DNA of 47,176 bases from a virus (IMGVR_UViG_3300021411_000012:1-47176); one strand, 5' to 3'; positions 1 through 8,444 are shown, numbered from the stretch's first letter. Notes: a model not told the origin generated them from the sequence alone. Numbers and translations: made by a program.

Positions 1-176
1 TACGCGTGGCCTTCGGGTGGGCCGCCCCACTGGAACCACTCGTCACGCGGCCGACGCTTCCCAGCGTGAATCAACAGGCGCCCGCGGTAGTCCGTCGCCT
101 TCGCGCTATCAACAATCCGTTTCGCCCCTACCGCTATGAGAGACGCGTAAGGCTGACGAAGAGTGATCGCTTTCAT
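1..176 (-). CDS. ASCH domain protein, N-terminal part (runs off the window start)
   Basis: Manual translation MKAITLRQPYASLIAVGAKRIVDSAKATDYRGRLLIHAGK matches the ASCH N-terminal signature (xQPxAxLI..G.K ... RG.L.IHAG). ATGA overlap with the helicase stop. Confidence 0.8.
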   Translation of the reverse strand, partial: MKAITLRQPYASLIAVGAKRIVDSAKATDYRGRLLIHAGKRRPRDEWFQWGGPPEGHA

Positions 177-1360
177 GCGACTCTCAACTTCGCTTCCGAG
201 CACTCCCACGGCCATGAACCCTTCCCGCCCTGCACATACCGTGCCGGCCAATCCCGCCCCGAATGCCGATCACCACGGAACCGTCTGACATCCATCGCCC
301 GGCCCACCGCGTTCGCGTCGGGAACCAGGCCGAACCCGAAGTCGGGCCAGTCCTCCCACAACTTCGAGCCCCGCACCCGCATCTCATCCCCATGCGGTGC
401 GTGGGCTTCGACCATCAGCGCACAGTTGCGACGCACCATCAGCTCACCCAACGTCGCCGCCGCGAGCTCGGCGGTCTCTTCCGATTGCTTCGAGCGTCCC
501 GACGCCCCCCGGACCATGTTGTAGAGCGGCCCGAGGATCACCACATCCGGTGAGACCGCAGCGACCTTCGCGTCGAGCCACCGTTGATGACGTGGGGTCG
601 TCAGATCCAGGCCTTGCGGACGAGGTTCGACCCACAGGCTCCCCGTGTACCGGTGCGAAGCGAGCCGCAACAGCGGCCGGATCGCGTGGGATGCCTGCGC
701 CCGTGACTCCTGGCAATCGACGATCAAGACCCGCAGTGGAGGGATCGCGGTCCGGGTGAACGGATGCAAACCGGACGCCATGCACACACCCATCTGGCGC
801 AGCAGGGTGCTCTTCCCGAAGCCGGGCTCACCGACCCACAAGACGATCTCGAGACGGGCGAGAAGGCCTTTCACGACGTACTCAGTGGAATGCTCCTCAC
901 CAGCGAGGGCGGCCGCTTCGGTTGGGGGTGCGACCGGCTCGAAGTTCGGGAGAATCCGTGCCATCGGATCGGCGAGCATCCCGTCAATCGCGGTCACGTC
1001 CCCCTCGTACGCCGCCGCGGCAAGAGAGTCCGCGAGTTGGATCGCCCGCCGTAACGCAGCTTTCTCCGCGACGATCCGGGCGTACTCCCCGACGTTCATC
1101 GACGCCGGCGTCCCCGCCGCCAGGGCACGCAACTCATCCACTGGACGGCCCGTGTCGCTCGCCACCAGGGAAGCGTCGATCGCCTGGCCTGCGTGATGCC
1201 GGGCACAGATCGCAGCGAACACTCTGCCGTGCGCCGGGACGTAGAAGTCGTCGGAGGCGAGCAGGTCGAGCACAGGGCCGACCGCGTAACCAGGGGAGAG
1301 CAGCATCGCCCCCAGCACGGCTTCTTCCATCTCGACCGAATGCGGGATCGGACGGGTCAT
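173..1360 (-). CDS. Replicative helicase: DnaB N-terminal domain plus RecA-family/AAA_25 ATPase
   Basis: PHSVEMEEAVLGAMLL..DFYVPAH is DnaB-N-like; Walker A GEPGFGKS. Start moved to ATG 1360, which gives an ATGA overlap with the upstream gene. Confidence 0.85.
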   Translation of the reverse strand: MTRPIPHSVEMEEAVLGAMLLSPGYAVGPVLDLLASDDFYVPAHGRVFAAICARHHAGQAIDASLVASDTGRPVDELRALAAGTPASMNVGEYARIVAEKAALRRAIQLADSLAAAAYEGDVTAIDGMLADPMARILPNFEPVAPPTEAAALAGEEHSTEYVVKGLLARLEIVLWVGEPGFGKSTLLRQMGVCMASGLHPFTRTAIPPLRVLIVDCQESRAQASHAIRPLLRLASHRYTGSLWVEPRPQGLDLTTPRHQRWLDAKVAAVSPDVVILGPLYNMVRGASGRSKQSEETAELAAATLGELMVRRNCALMVEAHAPHGDEMRVRGSKLWEDWPDFGFGLVPDANAVGRAMDVRRFRGDRHSGRDWPARYVQGGKGSWPWECSEAKLRVA

Positions 1361-2052
1361 GTCGTGTGGACGTCGTAGATCGTCGGACCGCGGCGCCCTG
1401 CGGCGGCGAGAGGACTGCCGTTCAACCAGTCGGCCCAATCGGGACCGAGGAAGCTCGCTCCGTGCTTGATGAACCGGAGGTCTGCGTCCCGGTTCGCTGC
1501 GAGATAGTTGTCTCGTGCCTGACAGAGCCGAGCGTGCGTCTCGGTCTTCCTGCGTGCCCGGTACTTCGCCCGCGCCTCAGACTTCTCGACCTTCTTCGGC
1601 CACGCCTTCCACCAGTCCTCGAAGTCGTCATCGACGGACGGACGCGCAGCGTTCGGGGGAGTCTCTTCTTGGGATTCTTTCTTCTGGTTGACATTTGCTA
1701 GCGGTTTGCTAGCCGGTTGCTGCGCCCGGGCTTTGGCTTCGCCACCACGGCGGCCAGCCTCGGCTCGTTTCTCTGCTAGTTCTTGGATCTGAGCGGCCGA
1801 CCTCTGCCATTCGAGGTAGTCGTGGATCCGGTACTCGTCGCCACCATCCTCAAGGATCTCTCGGGCGACCATTGACGCGATGAGCTCGGGGCCGGCACCA
1901 AGGCGCGCCGGCAGTCCCTTCGGTACTGAGCCATCGGTTTGATTACGGTTCGACCATGCGATGAGAGTCACCCAGACTCCGATCTCGCATGGGTCAGCAC
2001 CCACCCACTTGGAGTGGTCGTAGAAAGCATCATCGATGCGCACCCACGGCAC
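1357..2052 (-). CDS. Phage replication initiator protein
   Basis: MPWVRIDDAFYDH.K...IHDYLEWQ N-terminus and FEDWWKAWPKKVEK C-terminal domain are typical of actinophage initiators; lies directly upstream of the helicase. Confidence 0.75.
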   Translation of the reverse strand: MPWVRIDDAFYDHSKWVGADPCEIGVWVTLIAWSNRNQTDGSVPKGLPARLGAGPELIASMVAREILEDGGDEYRIHDYLEWQRSAAQIQELAEKRAEAGRRGGEAKARAQQPASKPLANVNQKKESQEETPPNAARPSVDDDFEDWWKAWPKKVEKSEARAKYRARRKTETHARLCQARDNYLAANRDADLRFIKHGASFLGPDWADWLNGSPLAAAGRRGPTIYDVHTT

Positions 2053-2199
2053 TCAGGCCGCCTTCGTAGCGAACTCGAATGCCCGCAGGAACAGCTTGGC
2101 GGCCTGTTCGACCTCGCCTTCCTGAAGCATCCGCAGCGCAGCCCGAGCGAACACCTCGGCCTCGGCAGCGAAGAAGGTCGGGGGGATTTCAACGTCCAT
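2053..2199 (-). CDS. Small hypothetical protein (48 aa, MDVEIPPTFF...TKAA)
   Basis: Manual translation; GGAGG RBS upstream; fills the gap in the operon. Confidence 0.6.
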   Translation of the reverse strand: MDVEIPPTFFAAEAEVFARAALRMLQEGEVEQAAKLFLRAFEFATKAA

Positions 2200-2241
2200 G
2201 ACGGGGAGCCTCCACCCAAGACGTGACAAGCATGGCCGCGT

Positions 2242-2739
2242 TCATGCCGTCGCCGCCCATGGACGCCAACCCGAACCTTCGTACATGAACCGGGCGACGC
2301 GCAGGTTGCAGCCAGCGTCGAACACCATCACGTCCGGGTTTCCACCGCAGACATCGGCGACGAGTTGGCGATGCAACGGCATCATGATCTGGAACACACC
2401 CGACGCGCCCTCAGGGTGACGGGCATCAGGCTGGCAGCGCGACTCACGCCACGCGATGAGCACGGCACGGTCAGGGTCTTCGGGGAACGTGGCCCGGATG
2501 GCCCCCTCGAGCTCGCAACCAGAAGGCGCGGCGCGCGGCGCGACGGTGGTCGGCGGCTGCGTCTCCGGTGGGGCGATTGTCGTCACTGGCTCAGGCTCCG
2601 TAGTGGTGGTCGTTGCCATGGTCGTCATTGCTTCCTGGGTCACGGCGGTAGGCCGCGTCACGTGCGGTGGTTCCGCATCCATCACGGCCCACCCTGCGAG
2701 CACTCCTCCCAGCACGAGAAGCACCCGAAGGAACCGCAT
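2242..2739 (-). CDS. Secreted lytic transglycosylase (SLT/Rpf-like lysozyme fold)
   Basis: Signal peptide, T/P-rich linker, catalytic IAWRESR, ASGVFQI and C-terminal GWRPW motifs. Confidence 0.8.
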   Translation of the reverse strand: MRFLRVLLVLGGVLAGWAVMDAEPPHVTRPTAVTQEAMTTMATTTTTEPEPVTTIAPPETQPPTTVAPRAAPSGCELEGAIRATFPEDPDRAVLIAWRESRCQPDARHPEGASGVFQIMMPLHRQLVADVCGGNPDVMVFDAGCNLRVARFMYEGSGWRPWAATA

Positions 2740-3044
2740 CAGGTAGTGCCTGACGTCGGGGACAAGGCACTTGCGTCGAGAAGTTCGTCCGCGAGTTTCG
2801 CTACACGGAGGACTTCATCGAAGGTGCGTTCCGGCGCGTCGTTCCAGTCGGCCCAACTCCATGTGCCGACCAGAAGCGTCACGATCTCATCTATGCGCGA
2901 CTCGGGTCGATTGGAGACGTCTTCCGCGGGGATCTCGTATCCGCAGGCAAGGTGGACAGCCCCAGCAATACACACGGCACCGTCAGCGCCCTGGTAGCTG
3001 CCCTGATGCCAACCCCGCGTAATCAATACATCCGCGATGCTCAC
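2739..3044 (-). CDS. DUF6197-like phage protein
   Basis: RGWHQG...VCIAGA...WNDAPERTFDEVL motif; GTG start with GTGA overlap. Confidence 0.6.
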   Translation of the reverse strand: MSIADVLITRGWHQGSYQGADGAVCIAGAVHLACGYEIPAEDVSNRPESRIDEIVTLLVGTWSWADWNDAPERTFDEVLRVAKLADELLDASALSPTSGTT

Positions 3045-3217
3045 TTCTCGTCCTCCACCATGTTGATCGGGGTATCGGGGAACAGACGGGCCACCGTGTC
3101 GACACAATCCGCCCGGTTTTCGTACGCCTCGCCTTGCGCGTCGATCTCCCCGTTGGCTGCGCGATGACGGAAACGCCAGCCGTCCGACGCGCGGTACACC
3201 TCGACCTGCTCGCTCAT
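3041..3217 (-). CDS. YegP/DUF1508 family protein
   Basis: Manual translation MSEQVEVYRASDGWRFRHRAANGEIDAQGEAYENRADC matches WRxRxxAxNGExxxxGExY. Confidence 0.75.
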   Translation of the reverse strand: MSEQVEVYRASDGWRFRHRAANGEIDAQGEAYENRADCVDTVARLFPDTPINMVEDEK

Positions 3218-3630
3218 TCGGCGACCTCCGCGTCGGCGTAGCCCGGGTGTGCATCAGCGACGTGCGCTGCCAGGTCCTCGAACGTGGCGTTGCAGCACGG
3301 GCAGAGACCACGGGCAGCGCGCTTGCGGACACGGGTCGCGTGACCCTTGTACGCGCGGGCTCGGCGCTCCTCGAGTTGGGCGGCGGCCCGCGCCGAGCGG
3401 GTGTTCTCGCGCTCGCTAGCAAGACGACGCTCAAGCTCGTCCTTCTCGCGGCGGAGCTTGGTCTCGGTGGTGGTGTGGTAGACGCGGCCGTCACCGTTCG
3501 GGCAATAGAAGACGTCGCCCTTGTTCCGGCGTTCGTTGAGCCAGTTCTCCGGCACCGCGAAGCCGATACCGCATTAGCCGCAGCTGATCGTCGTCAAGGT
3601 CGTGCTGTACCACTCTGTCTTCGCGATCAC
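3214..3630 (-). pseudogene. Zn-finger/coiled-coil phage protein interrupted by an in-frame TAA at 3574-3576
   Basis: The coupled GTG at 3630 reads MIAKTEWYSTTLTTISCG*CGIGFAVPENW..FYCPNG..CPCC; the stop falls inside a CxxC motif. Confidence 0.6.
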
Positions 3631-4007
3631 GGTCCCTCCTCATCCCATGCAACCAAAGCCCACTTCGCCATAGGCCGACCACGTTCACTGACCCCTTCAC
3701 CCGCACGACGCAGATAGCCCGCCCGCGACAAACGAGACCGAGCGGACTTGATCGTCGGCTGGTACCAGTCAGGCAGTCGGGCGCAGAGTTGGTCGTCGGT
3801 GAGTGCGTCGCCGGAGAACACTCCGAGGATCGCGGCTTCGGCCTTGTCGCCATGCTCATGCGAGATCGCAGCCCGACTCGTCGCGCCGTCCGTTGAACGC
3901 GAGAGTGGTGCGGACACCGGCCCCGAGACGCGGCGTTCATGAGCACGTACCGGGACAGTGCGCGGGGATGCCGGCGCGTCGCCGAACAAGGTCTGCTCCG
4001 CGATCAT
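3627..4007 (-). CDS. Winged-helix DNA-binding-like phage protein
   Basis: SRSTDGATSRAA...LTDDQL...SARSRLSRAGYL pattern common in actinophage HTH proteins. Confidence 0.55.
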   Translation of the reverse strand: MIAEQTLFGDAPASPRTVPVRAHERRVSGPVSAPLSRSTDGATSRAAISHEHGDKAEAAILGVFSGDALTDDQLCARLPDWYQPTIKSARSRLSRAGYLRRAGEGVSERGRPMAKWALVAWDEEGP

Positions 4008-4747
4008 GCGGCACCCTCGAAGTCCAGGACTTCCTGCGCGAGTCGCTTAGCTGCGACCTCGCAGTACCGTTCGTCCACCTCGATGCCGACGGCACGGTGC
4101 CCACAATCCTTCGCGGCGCGCAAGGTCGTCCCGCTCCCCATAAACGGGTCGAGGATCACCGCACGAGGCGGGACCACCTGCAGTACCCACCGCATGACAT
4201 CGGCGGGCTTCTCGGCAATGTGTTCCTTGTCATCGCCGCCGACCGGGGCGCACGAAAAGACATTCTGCGGTGACCCAGCGCCGTCGATCGTTGGTCCGTT
4301 CGTCGCGTACAGGACGTACTCGGCGGAGGATGAGAAGCGGCCCTTCTGCATCCTGATCCCCGGCTTCCACCAGACCGCGACGTTGCGCCAGACCCAGCCG
4401 CCGCACTGGATCGCATCGCTCAGAGTCGGGAGCTGCCGCCAGTCGATAAATGCCGCGAGCACCGCTCCGGGGTCACAGGCTTGGCGCGCTGCGTTCGACC
4501 ACAGCGAGCACCAAGCGAGGAAGGAACGCTGGTCTCGGTTGTCGCCCGCGAACTCAGGACGGTACGCAGCCGTGTCGCTGTTGACGTACTTGGTGGAGGT
4601 CTGCTGTGCCCGGTCACCCCGGAACGCGCCACCCGACGAATAGGGCGGATCGGTAATCACTGCCCCGATCCCATCGAGATCGTGGAGCAGGTCGAAGCAG
4701 TCCCCGTGGTAGATCACGCACGTTCCGTCGTCGTAGTACGGCGTCAT
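4004..4747 (-). CDS. DNA methyltransferase, N4-C/N6-A beta class
   Basis: YHGDC, ITDPPY, H.AEKP and LDPFMGSGTT motifs; start at ATG 4747 (MTPYYDD). Confidence 0.9.
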   Translation of the reverse strand: MTPYYDDGTCVIYHGDCFDLLHDLDGIGAVITDPPYSSGGAFRGDRAQQTSTKYVNSDTAAYRPEFAGDNRDQRSFLAWCSLWSNAARQACDPGAVLAAFIDWRQLPTLSDAIQCGGWVWRNVAVWWKPGIRMQKGRFSSSAEYVLYATNGPTIDGAGSPQNVFSCAPVGGDDKEHIAEKPADVMRWVLQVVPPRAVILDPFMGSGTTLRAAKDCGHRAVGIEVDERYCEVAAKRLAQEVLDFEGAA

Positions 4748-4890
4748 GGAACCGGCTCCGGTACCGGCACCATCGGAGGATGCTTCGCCTTCGGGCACGT
4801 CCCGTGAGACATCGCCCGCAACGGCAACGGTGAGGAATAAATCCAATGGCACGCGGTGCACTCGTACAGGAAGATCAGGTCCTCGGTCAT
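4744..4890 (-). CDS. Small Cys-containing hypothetical protein (48 aa)
   Basis: Manual translation MTEDLIFLYECTACHW...; ATGA overlaps at both ends. Confidence 0.5.
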   Translation of the reverse strand: MTEDLIFLYECTACHWIYSSPLPLRAMSHGTCPKAKHPPMVPVPEPVP

Positions 4891-5255
4891 GCGGCCGCTT
4901 CCATCAAGCGCAACCGCTCACGGAGGTCGGCGATGATCGCCTTGTGGTCCGGTCGCACCCCGCTCAGCGCGAGGGCGCGCATCTCCGCGTAGAGGTCGTC
5001 ACCCCACTCGACCTGAAGCCAGTTGTCCCACTCGATCGGCCGGTGCGTGAAGTAGACGTGGCATCCGCGGCACAGACAGAACCCGTTGCGGAGATCCCAG
5101 CGAGTAGCCCGGTAGCTGCGACTGAATCCGTGAGCACACTGGAGACCGAACTCGGTGCCGCATCGGTAACAGACACCTGGAGCACGGACGACCTTCCCGA
5201 ACAGCTCATCGGCGGTCTTCGAGAGTGACTGGCGCTTGCGTTGTGTCGCCATCAT
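4887..5255 (-). CDS. NinG/Rap-like HNH nuclease
   Basis: ADELFGKVVR, CYRCG, LQCAHGFSR..TRWDLRN..CLCRGCH. Confidence 0.75.
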   Translation of the reverse strand: MMATQRKRQSLSKTADELFGKVVRAPGVCYRCGTEFGLQCAHGFSRSYRATRWDLRNGFCLCRGCHVYFTHRPIEWDNWLQVEWGDDLYAEMRALALSGVRPDHKAIIADLRERLRLMEAAA

Positions 5256-5620
5256 GTCCCCTCCCGCACAAACCGGGTGTGTGACATGACCGCGGTGAGA
5301 CGGTTCTTCAGCTCCTCGACCTTGGCTCGCGACCGGCGCTCAGTTGCCATGGCGCGGTTCCACGTCTGGCGCGCGTCGCACACGTCCTGTTGGTTGTCGC
5401 AATGCTTCGACCGCACCGTTGCCGCGACGCCATCCTCGATCGCATGGACCCAGGCCTGCGCGTGGAGCTTCAGGTACTCGTTCTCCTTCGCGGCGTTGTC
5501 GTCGCACGCGTCGCCGTACAGGTCGACGGCTTCCTCGTAGGCGCGTGAGATCCGTTCGAGAAGGGAGTCCCCCTCGAACTGGGGTGGAGCCGGATCGGCG
5601 AATGGGTCAGCGAACGGCAT
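5252..5620 (-). CDS. Hypothetical coiled-coil protein
   Basis: Coupled ORF in the early operon. Confidence 0.6.
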   Translation of the reverse strand: MPFADPFADPAPPQFEGDSLLERISRAYEEAVDLYGDACDDNAAKENEYLKLHAQAWVHAIEDGVAATVRSKHCDNQQDVCDARQTWNRAMATERRSRAKVEELKNRLTAVMSHTRFVREGT

Positions 5621-5623
5621 CGG

Positions 5624-6085
5624 TCAGAACGTCTCGTCACTCGGCTCGAAGGGGGCCTCGGGTGCCTCATCAGCCGCGGTCTGCTGGATCTCCTTGATCG
5701 CCGTGCGAGCGATGTCCTTGCCGGAGTCGGTGAACGGCTGCAACACGATCGAGTTGTCGTCCAGCTTCCGTGGGGTCGCCGCGACGAAGAGGCCCATGCG
5801 GTCTTCGAGTTGGGGGATGACCCGCACCCAGGAGATCCGCACCCCGGTCCCGTGCTCCACGACGCCGGCACGATCGAGTACCCACACGTCGCACTCGTAG
5901 TAGGGGCTCGGTCCCTGGGCCCGCTTCAGGACGTTGCCTTCCTCGTCGAGCTCGGCCTTCTTTGCGGGCCATTCGCCCAGCGACACCGGACGGATCAAGC
6001 ACGGCTTGTTCAGGAGATCACCGGCCCGCATCGCACCTTGAAGGTCGCCGGGCTCGCCGGGATCACAGAACCCTTCGTCAGACAC
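5624..6085 (-). CDS. Putative ssDNA-binding protein
   Basis: Beta-rich core with an acidic tail ending EPSDETF; GTG start at 6085. Confidence 0.5.
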   Translation of the reverse strand: MSDEGFCDPGEPGDLQGAMRAGDLLNKPCLIRPVSLGEWPAKKAELDEEGNVLKRAQGPSPYYECDVWVLDRAGVVEHGTGVRISWVRVIPQLEDRMGLFVAATPRKLDDNSIVLQPFTDSGKDIARTAIKEIQQTAADEAPEAPFEPSDETF

Positions 6086-6242
6086 TCTTCGTCTCCTCAT
6101 GTAGTGCGGCTTTCGCAAGCGCCGCCGCGAGCTCGACTTCGTTCTGTGGGTGACGATGACCAGGCCGCGTGCCGGCGGAATGCCCGGCCTCGATCACCGG
6201 AGCCAGGTCATGGCAGGTACCCGCCAGGAAGAAGACGGCCAT
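6078..6242 (-). CDS. Small hypothetical protein
   Basis: TGATG-coupled start at 6242. Confidence 0.4.
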   Translation of the reverse strand: MAVFFLAGTCHDLAPVIEAGHSAGTRPGHRHPQNEVELAAALAKAALHEETKSV

Positions 6243-6706
6243 CAGTCGAAGACCTGGATCGACCATCCAGCCCTCTCCGTCTCGCACCACTCCTCGGGTT
6301 CAAGGCCACGGGCACGCAACGCCAGGAGACGCGGATTGCCGAGAGGGAAGACAGCGAGCACCTTGTCGAGCGGTGATTCCTCGACCAATGTGCCTTCGTC
6401 ATCGAACGTCCGGGTATCGAGCACCGCGCGGCGCAGGTCGTCCTTCTCCCACTTCGTGCGGTTCTTCTTCACGTGCGCGTCGAACACCGCGACACCGGGA
6501 ACCGTGATCCGCTCGCGTTCCATCAGCGCGCCGAGCCGGTCCGTGAGTTGCTGACGGACCAACTGCAACTGGCGGTTGGCGTCCTCGATCACCTTCCAGG
6601 CGGTGAGGTCCGCGTGCAGTGTCTCGTCGGTGAAGGGGCCTTGGGCGTCCTCGTCCAGATCCGCGACGAGAGCTTCGAGAAGGCGGGCGTCTACAGCCAA
6701 AGTCAT
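6242..6706 (-). CDS. Hypothetical protein (154 aa)
   Basis: Coupled ORF with typical codon usage. Confidence 0.65.
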   Translation of the reverse strand: MTLAVDARLLEALVADLDEDAQGPFTDETLHADLTAWKVIEDANRQLQLVRQQLTDRLGALMERERITVPGVAVFDAHVKKNRTKWEKDDLRRAVLDTRTFDDEGTLVEESPLDKVLAVFPLGNPRLLALRARGLEPEEWCETERAGWSIQVFD

Positions 6707-6984
6707 GACTCGGTGTTCCCATCACGTTCCCAGCGGAGACGGTGGTACAGCTCGTCGAGCCACTGCTCGTGCTGCTCCGTCGTGATCTCCGCGTCGCGTT
6801 CCGACCGCCAGAGCAAGTAGGCGTCCTCTTCGGCGAGGAGACGGTCATCGTCAGCACCCGCGCGCATGAAGTCCATCGCGGCGCGCTTCTCGAAACCGAT
6901 GACGAGCCGGTCACTCGCCTCTCGCAACGTGCCCACCACGCCTCCGTTCGGTCTCAGTCCCCGGCACAAATACGGTCCCTCCAA
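6703..6984 (-). CDS. Hypothetical protein; start uncertain (in frame with ATG 7029 across a TGA)
   Basis: ORF track; acidic C-terminus; ATGA overlap with the next gene. Confidence 0.5.
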   Translation of the reverse strand: MEGPYLCRGLRPNGGVVGTLREASDRLVIGFEKRAAMDFMRAGADDDRLLAEEDAYLLWRSERDAEITTEQHEQWLDELYHRLRWERDGNTES

Positions 6985-7025
6985 AGGACCGGCCGCTCAG
7001 GTATCGCCGCGGTGCTTCCGTTTCC

Positions 7026-7370
7026 TCATCGGGGGAGCATCCCGGCCTTGCGCAGCACATCGCCGCAGTGCCGACAGATGCCTTGGCCCCCGCTCCTTCG
7101 CTTGCCATCGGGGATCGAATCCCCATGACGCCACTGATGGCCGCCGGAAGGCTCACCACACAACGGGCACGGCGACCAGAAGTACCCGCACGTGTTGGCG
7201 TACAGCCGGTGCAGCCAACGCGGAGCCCAGCGACCAGGCCCACGCGTCCCATCGCGTCGTGATGACTGCGGGTGCCATCGGCCTTCATCGTTGCGGCGGG
7301 ACCACTGAAGGCTTCCGCCGCGCATGACGCGCCACCGGTTGATAGGCCCACCACGCGGGTACTCGCTCAC
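7026..7370 (-). CDS. Zn-finger hypothetical protein
   Basis: GYFWSPCPLCG...ICRHC; GTGA-coupled start. Confidence 0.55.
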   Translation of the reverse strand: MSEYPRGGPINRWRVMRGGSLQWSRRNDEGRWHPQSSRRDGTRGPGRWAPRWLHRLYANTCGYFWSPCPLCGEPSGGHQWRHGDSIPDGKRRSGGQGICRHCGDVLRKAGMLPR

Positions 7371-7561
7371 GCCACGTCTCCGCGCTCGCGGCGTTGCTCG
7401 TCGAACAGCTGTTGCCAATCGACCCGATCGGCTTCGAGCAGTTCGGCGAGGTCCCGCGGGACTTGCGGTACGTCGGGCCGGGTGACAACAGCGCGAACTC
7501 CGGCACCCGACCCGACGACCGTTTCAGCGCCCCCGCTGACCTTGCGAAACCAGCGCTTCAT
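7367..7561 (-). CDS. Small hypothetical protein
   Basis: ATGA-coupled start (MKRWFRK). Confidence 0.5.
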   Translation of the reverse strand: MKRWFRKVSGGAETVVGSGAGVRAVVTRPDVPQVPRDLAELLEADRVDWQQLFDEQRRERGDVA

Positions 7562-7740
7562 CGGCCTCGCCAATCCCTGAGCCCCGCCGCTACCCGTGGG
7601 GCAAACGTCGGGTCGTACTTGCGGGCCACGCGCTTACGGTCGAAGTGCTCGAAGATCAGGGCGGTGAGAGAGATCGCGGCGAGCACCAAGCCCAGCGCGG
7701 CCACGCCAAGCGCGACCTCGGTAGCAGCGTCGAGTATCAC
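7558..7740 (-). CDS. Small membrane protein
   Basis: One hydrophobic helix; coupled at both ends. Confidence 0.55.
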   Translation of the reverse strand: MILDAATEVALGVAALGLVLAAISLTALIFEHFDRKRVARKYDPTFAPRVAAGLRDWRGR

Positions 7741-7991
7741 GAGTGTCCTCCGTAGAAGTACCGGGTGGGGACGCTCGACCGCGCACCATCCGGGAACGCG
7801 GGAACGTCCCCACCCGTAGGCCTCGCCGGCTGGGCTTGGGCTGGGGCCGGCGAAGCTCCACGCTCATCATCAGACCGGGCAGGGTGGCCCGATGATGAGC
7901 GTGCAACCGCGCGGTCCTTGCGGTAGAGCGTCGCCATCATCCAAGCGATGCCGACGAGGGCCAGACCAGTGATGACCAGCACGCCGGTCAT
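7737..7991 (-). CDS. Small membrane protein
   Basis: MTGVLVITGLALVGIAWMM transmembrane helix; ATGA overlap. Confidence 0.5.
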   Translation of the reverse strand: MTGVLVITGLALVGIAWMMATLYRKDRAVARSSSGHPARSDDERGASPAPAQAQPARPTGGDVPAFPDGARSSVPTRYFYGGHS

Positions 7992-8131
7992 CGGGCCTTC
8001 TTCTCCGCTGCCCACTTCTGTGCCGCGCGTGTCGCCGCGGCCTTCTTGGCTGCCATCCGTCTCGCGATGGCCTTCGCCGCGGGGGTGCTCTTGTCGGCCC
8101 CGAGCTCGCGGGCACGACCCACCGCGGTCAT
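7988..8131 (-). CDS. Small Ala/Lys-rich basic protein (47 aa)
   Basis: Manual translation MTAVGRARELGADKSTPAAKAIARRMAAKKAAATRAAQKW; ATGA overlaps. Confidence 0.55.
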   Translation of the reverse strand: MTAVGRARELGADKSTPAAKAIARRMAAKKAAATRAAQKWAAEKKAR

Positions 8132-8244
8132 CGGGCCACCAGCCGACGCGCCGCACACGCCAACGGCAACACGATCGGCAACTGGATCGCGATGAGGATC
8201 AGAGAGCTACCCAAGATCGCGACCGGAGACGGGTAGTACGTCAT
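8128..8244 (-). CDS. Small membrane peptide (38 aa)
   Basis: MTYYPSPVAILGSSLILIAIQLPIVLPL; ATGA overlaps. Confidence 0.5.
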   Translation of the reverse strand: MTYYPSPVAILGSSLILIAIQLPIVLPLACAARRLVAR

Positions 8245-8438
8245 GACGCCTGCTCGGTGGCAGGGGACGATGCAGGAGAGAGGAGGGCTTCGACGTCCTC
8301 ACGGGCGAAGCGTCGCCAGCCGCCGGGCGTGGTCCAGCACTCGACCTTGCCCTCGTCAGCCCAGCGCTTGAGCGTGTCTTCGTGGACACCGAGGATCGCA
8401 GCAGCGTCCTTGGGGGAGAGGTCGTAGCTCTTGGGCAC
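8241..8438 (-). CDS. MerR-type HTH excisionase/Cro-like protein
   Basis: LSPKDAAAILGVHEDTLKRWADEGKV...TPGGWRRF; first gene of the lytic operon, divergent from the repressor. Confidence 0.85.
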   Translation of the reverse strand: MPKSYDLSPKDAAAILGVHEDTLKRWADEGKVECWTTPGGWRRFAREDVEALLSPASSPATEQAS

Positions 8439-8444
8439 GCCGCC

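Noticed and set aside
3574-6999. Stop-codon reassignment or selenocysteine insertion
   Set aside because: The two internal stops differ (TAA and TGA), both codons terminate many normal genes here, no suppressor tRNA is seen, and the TGA is not in a redox-motif context.
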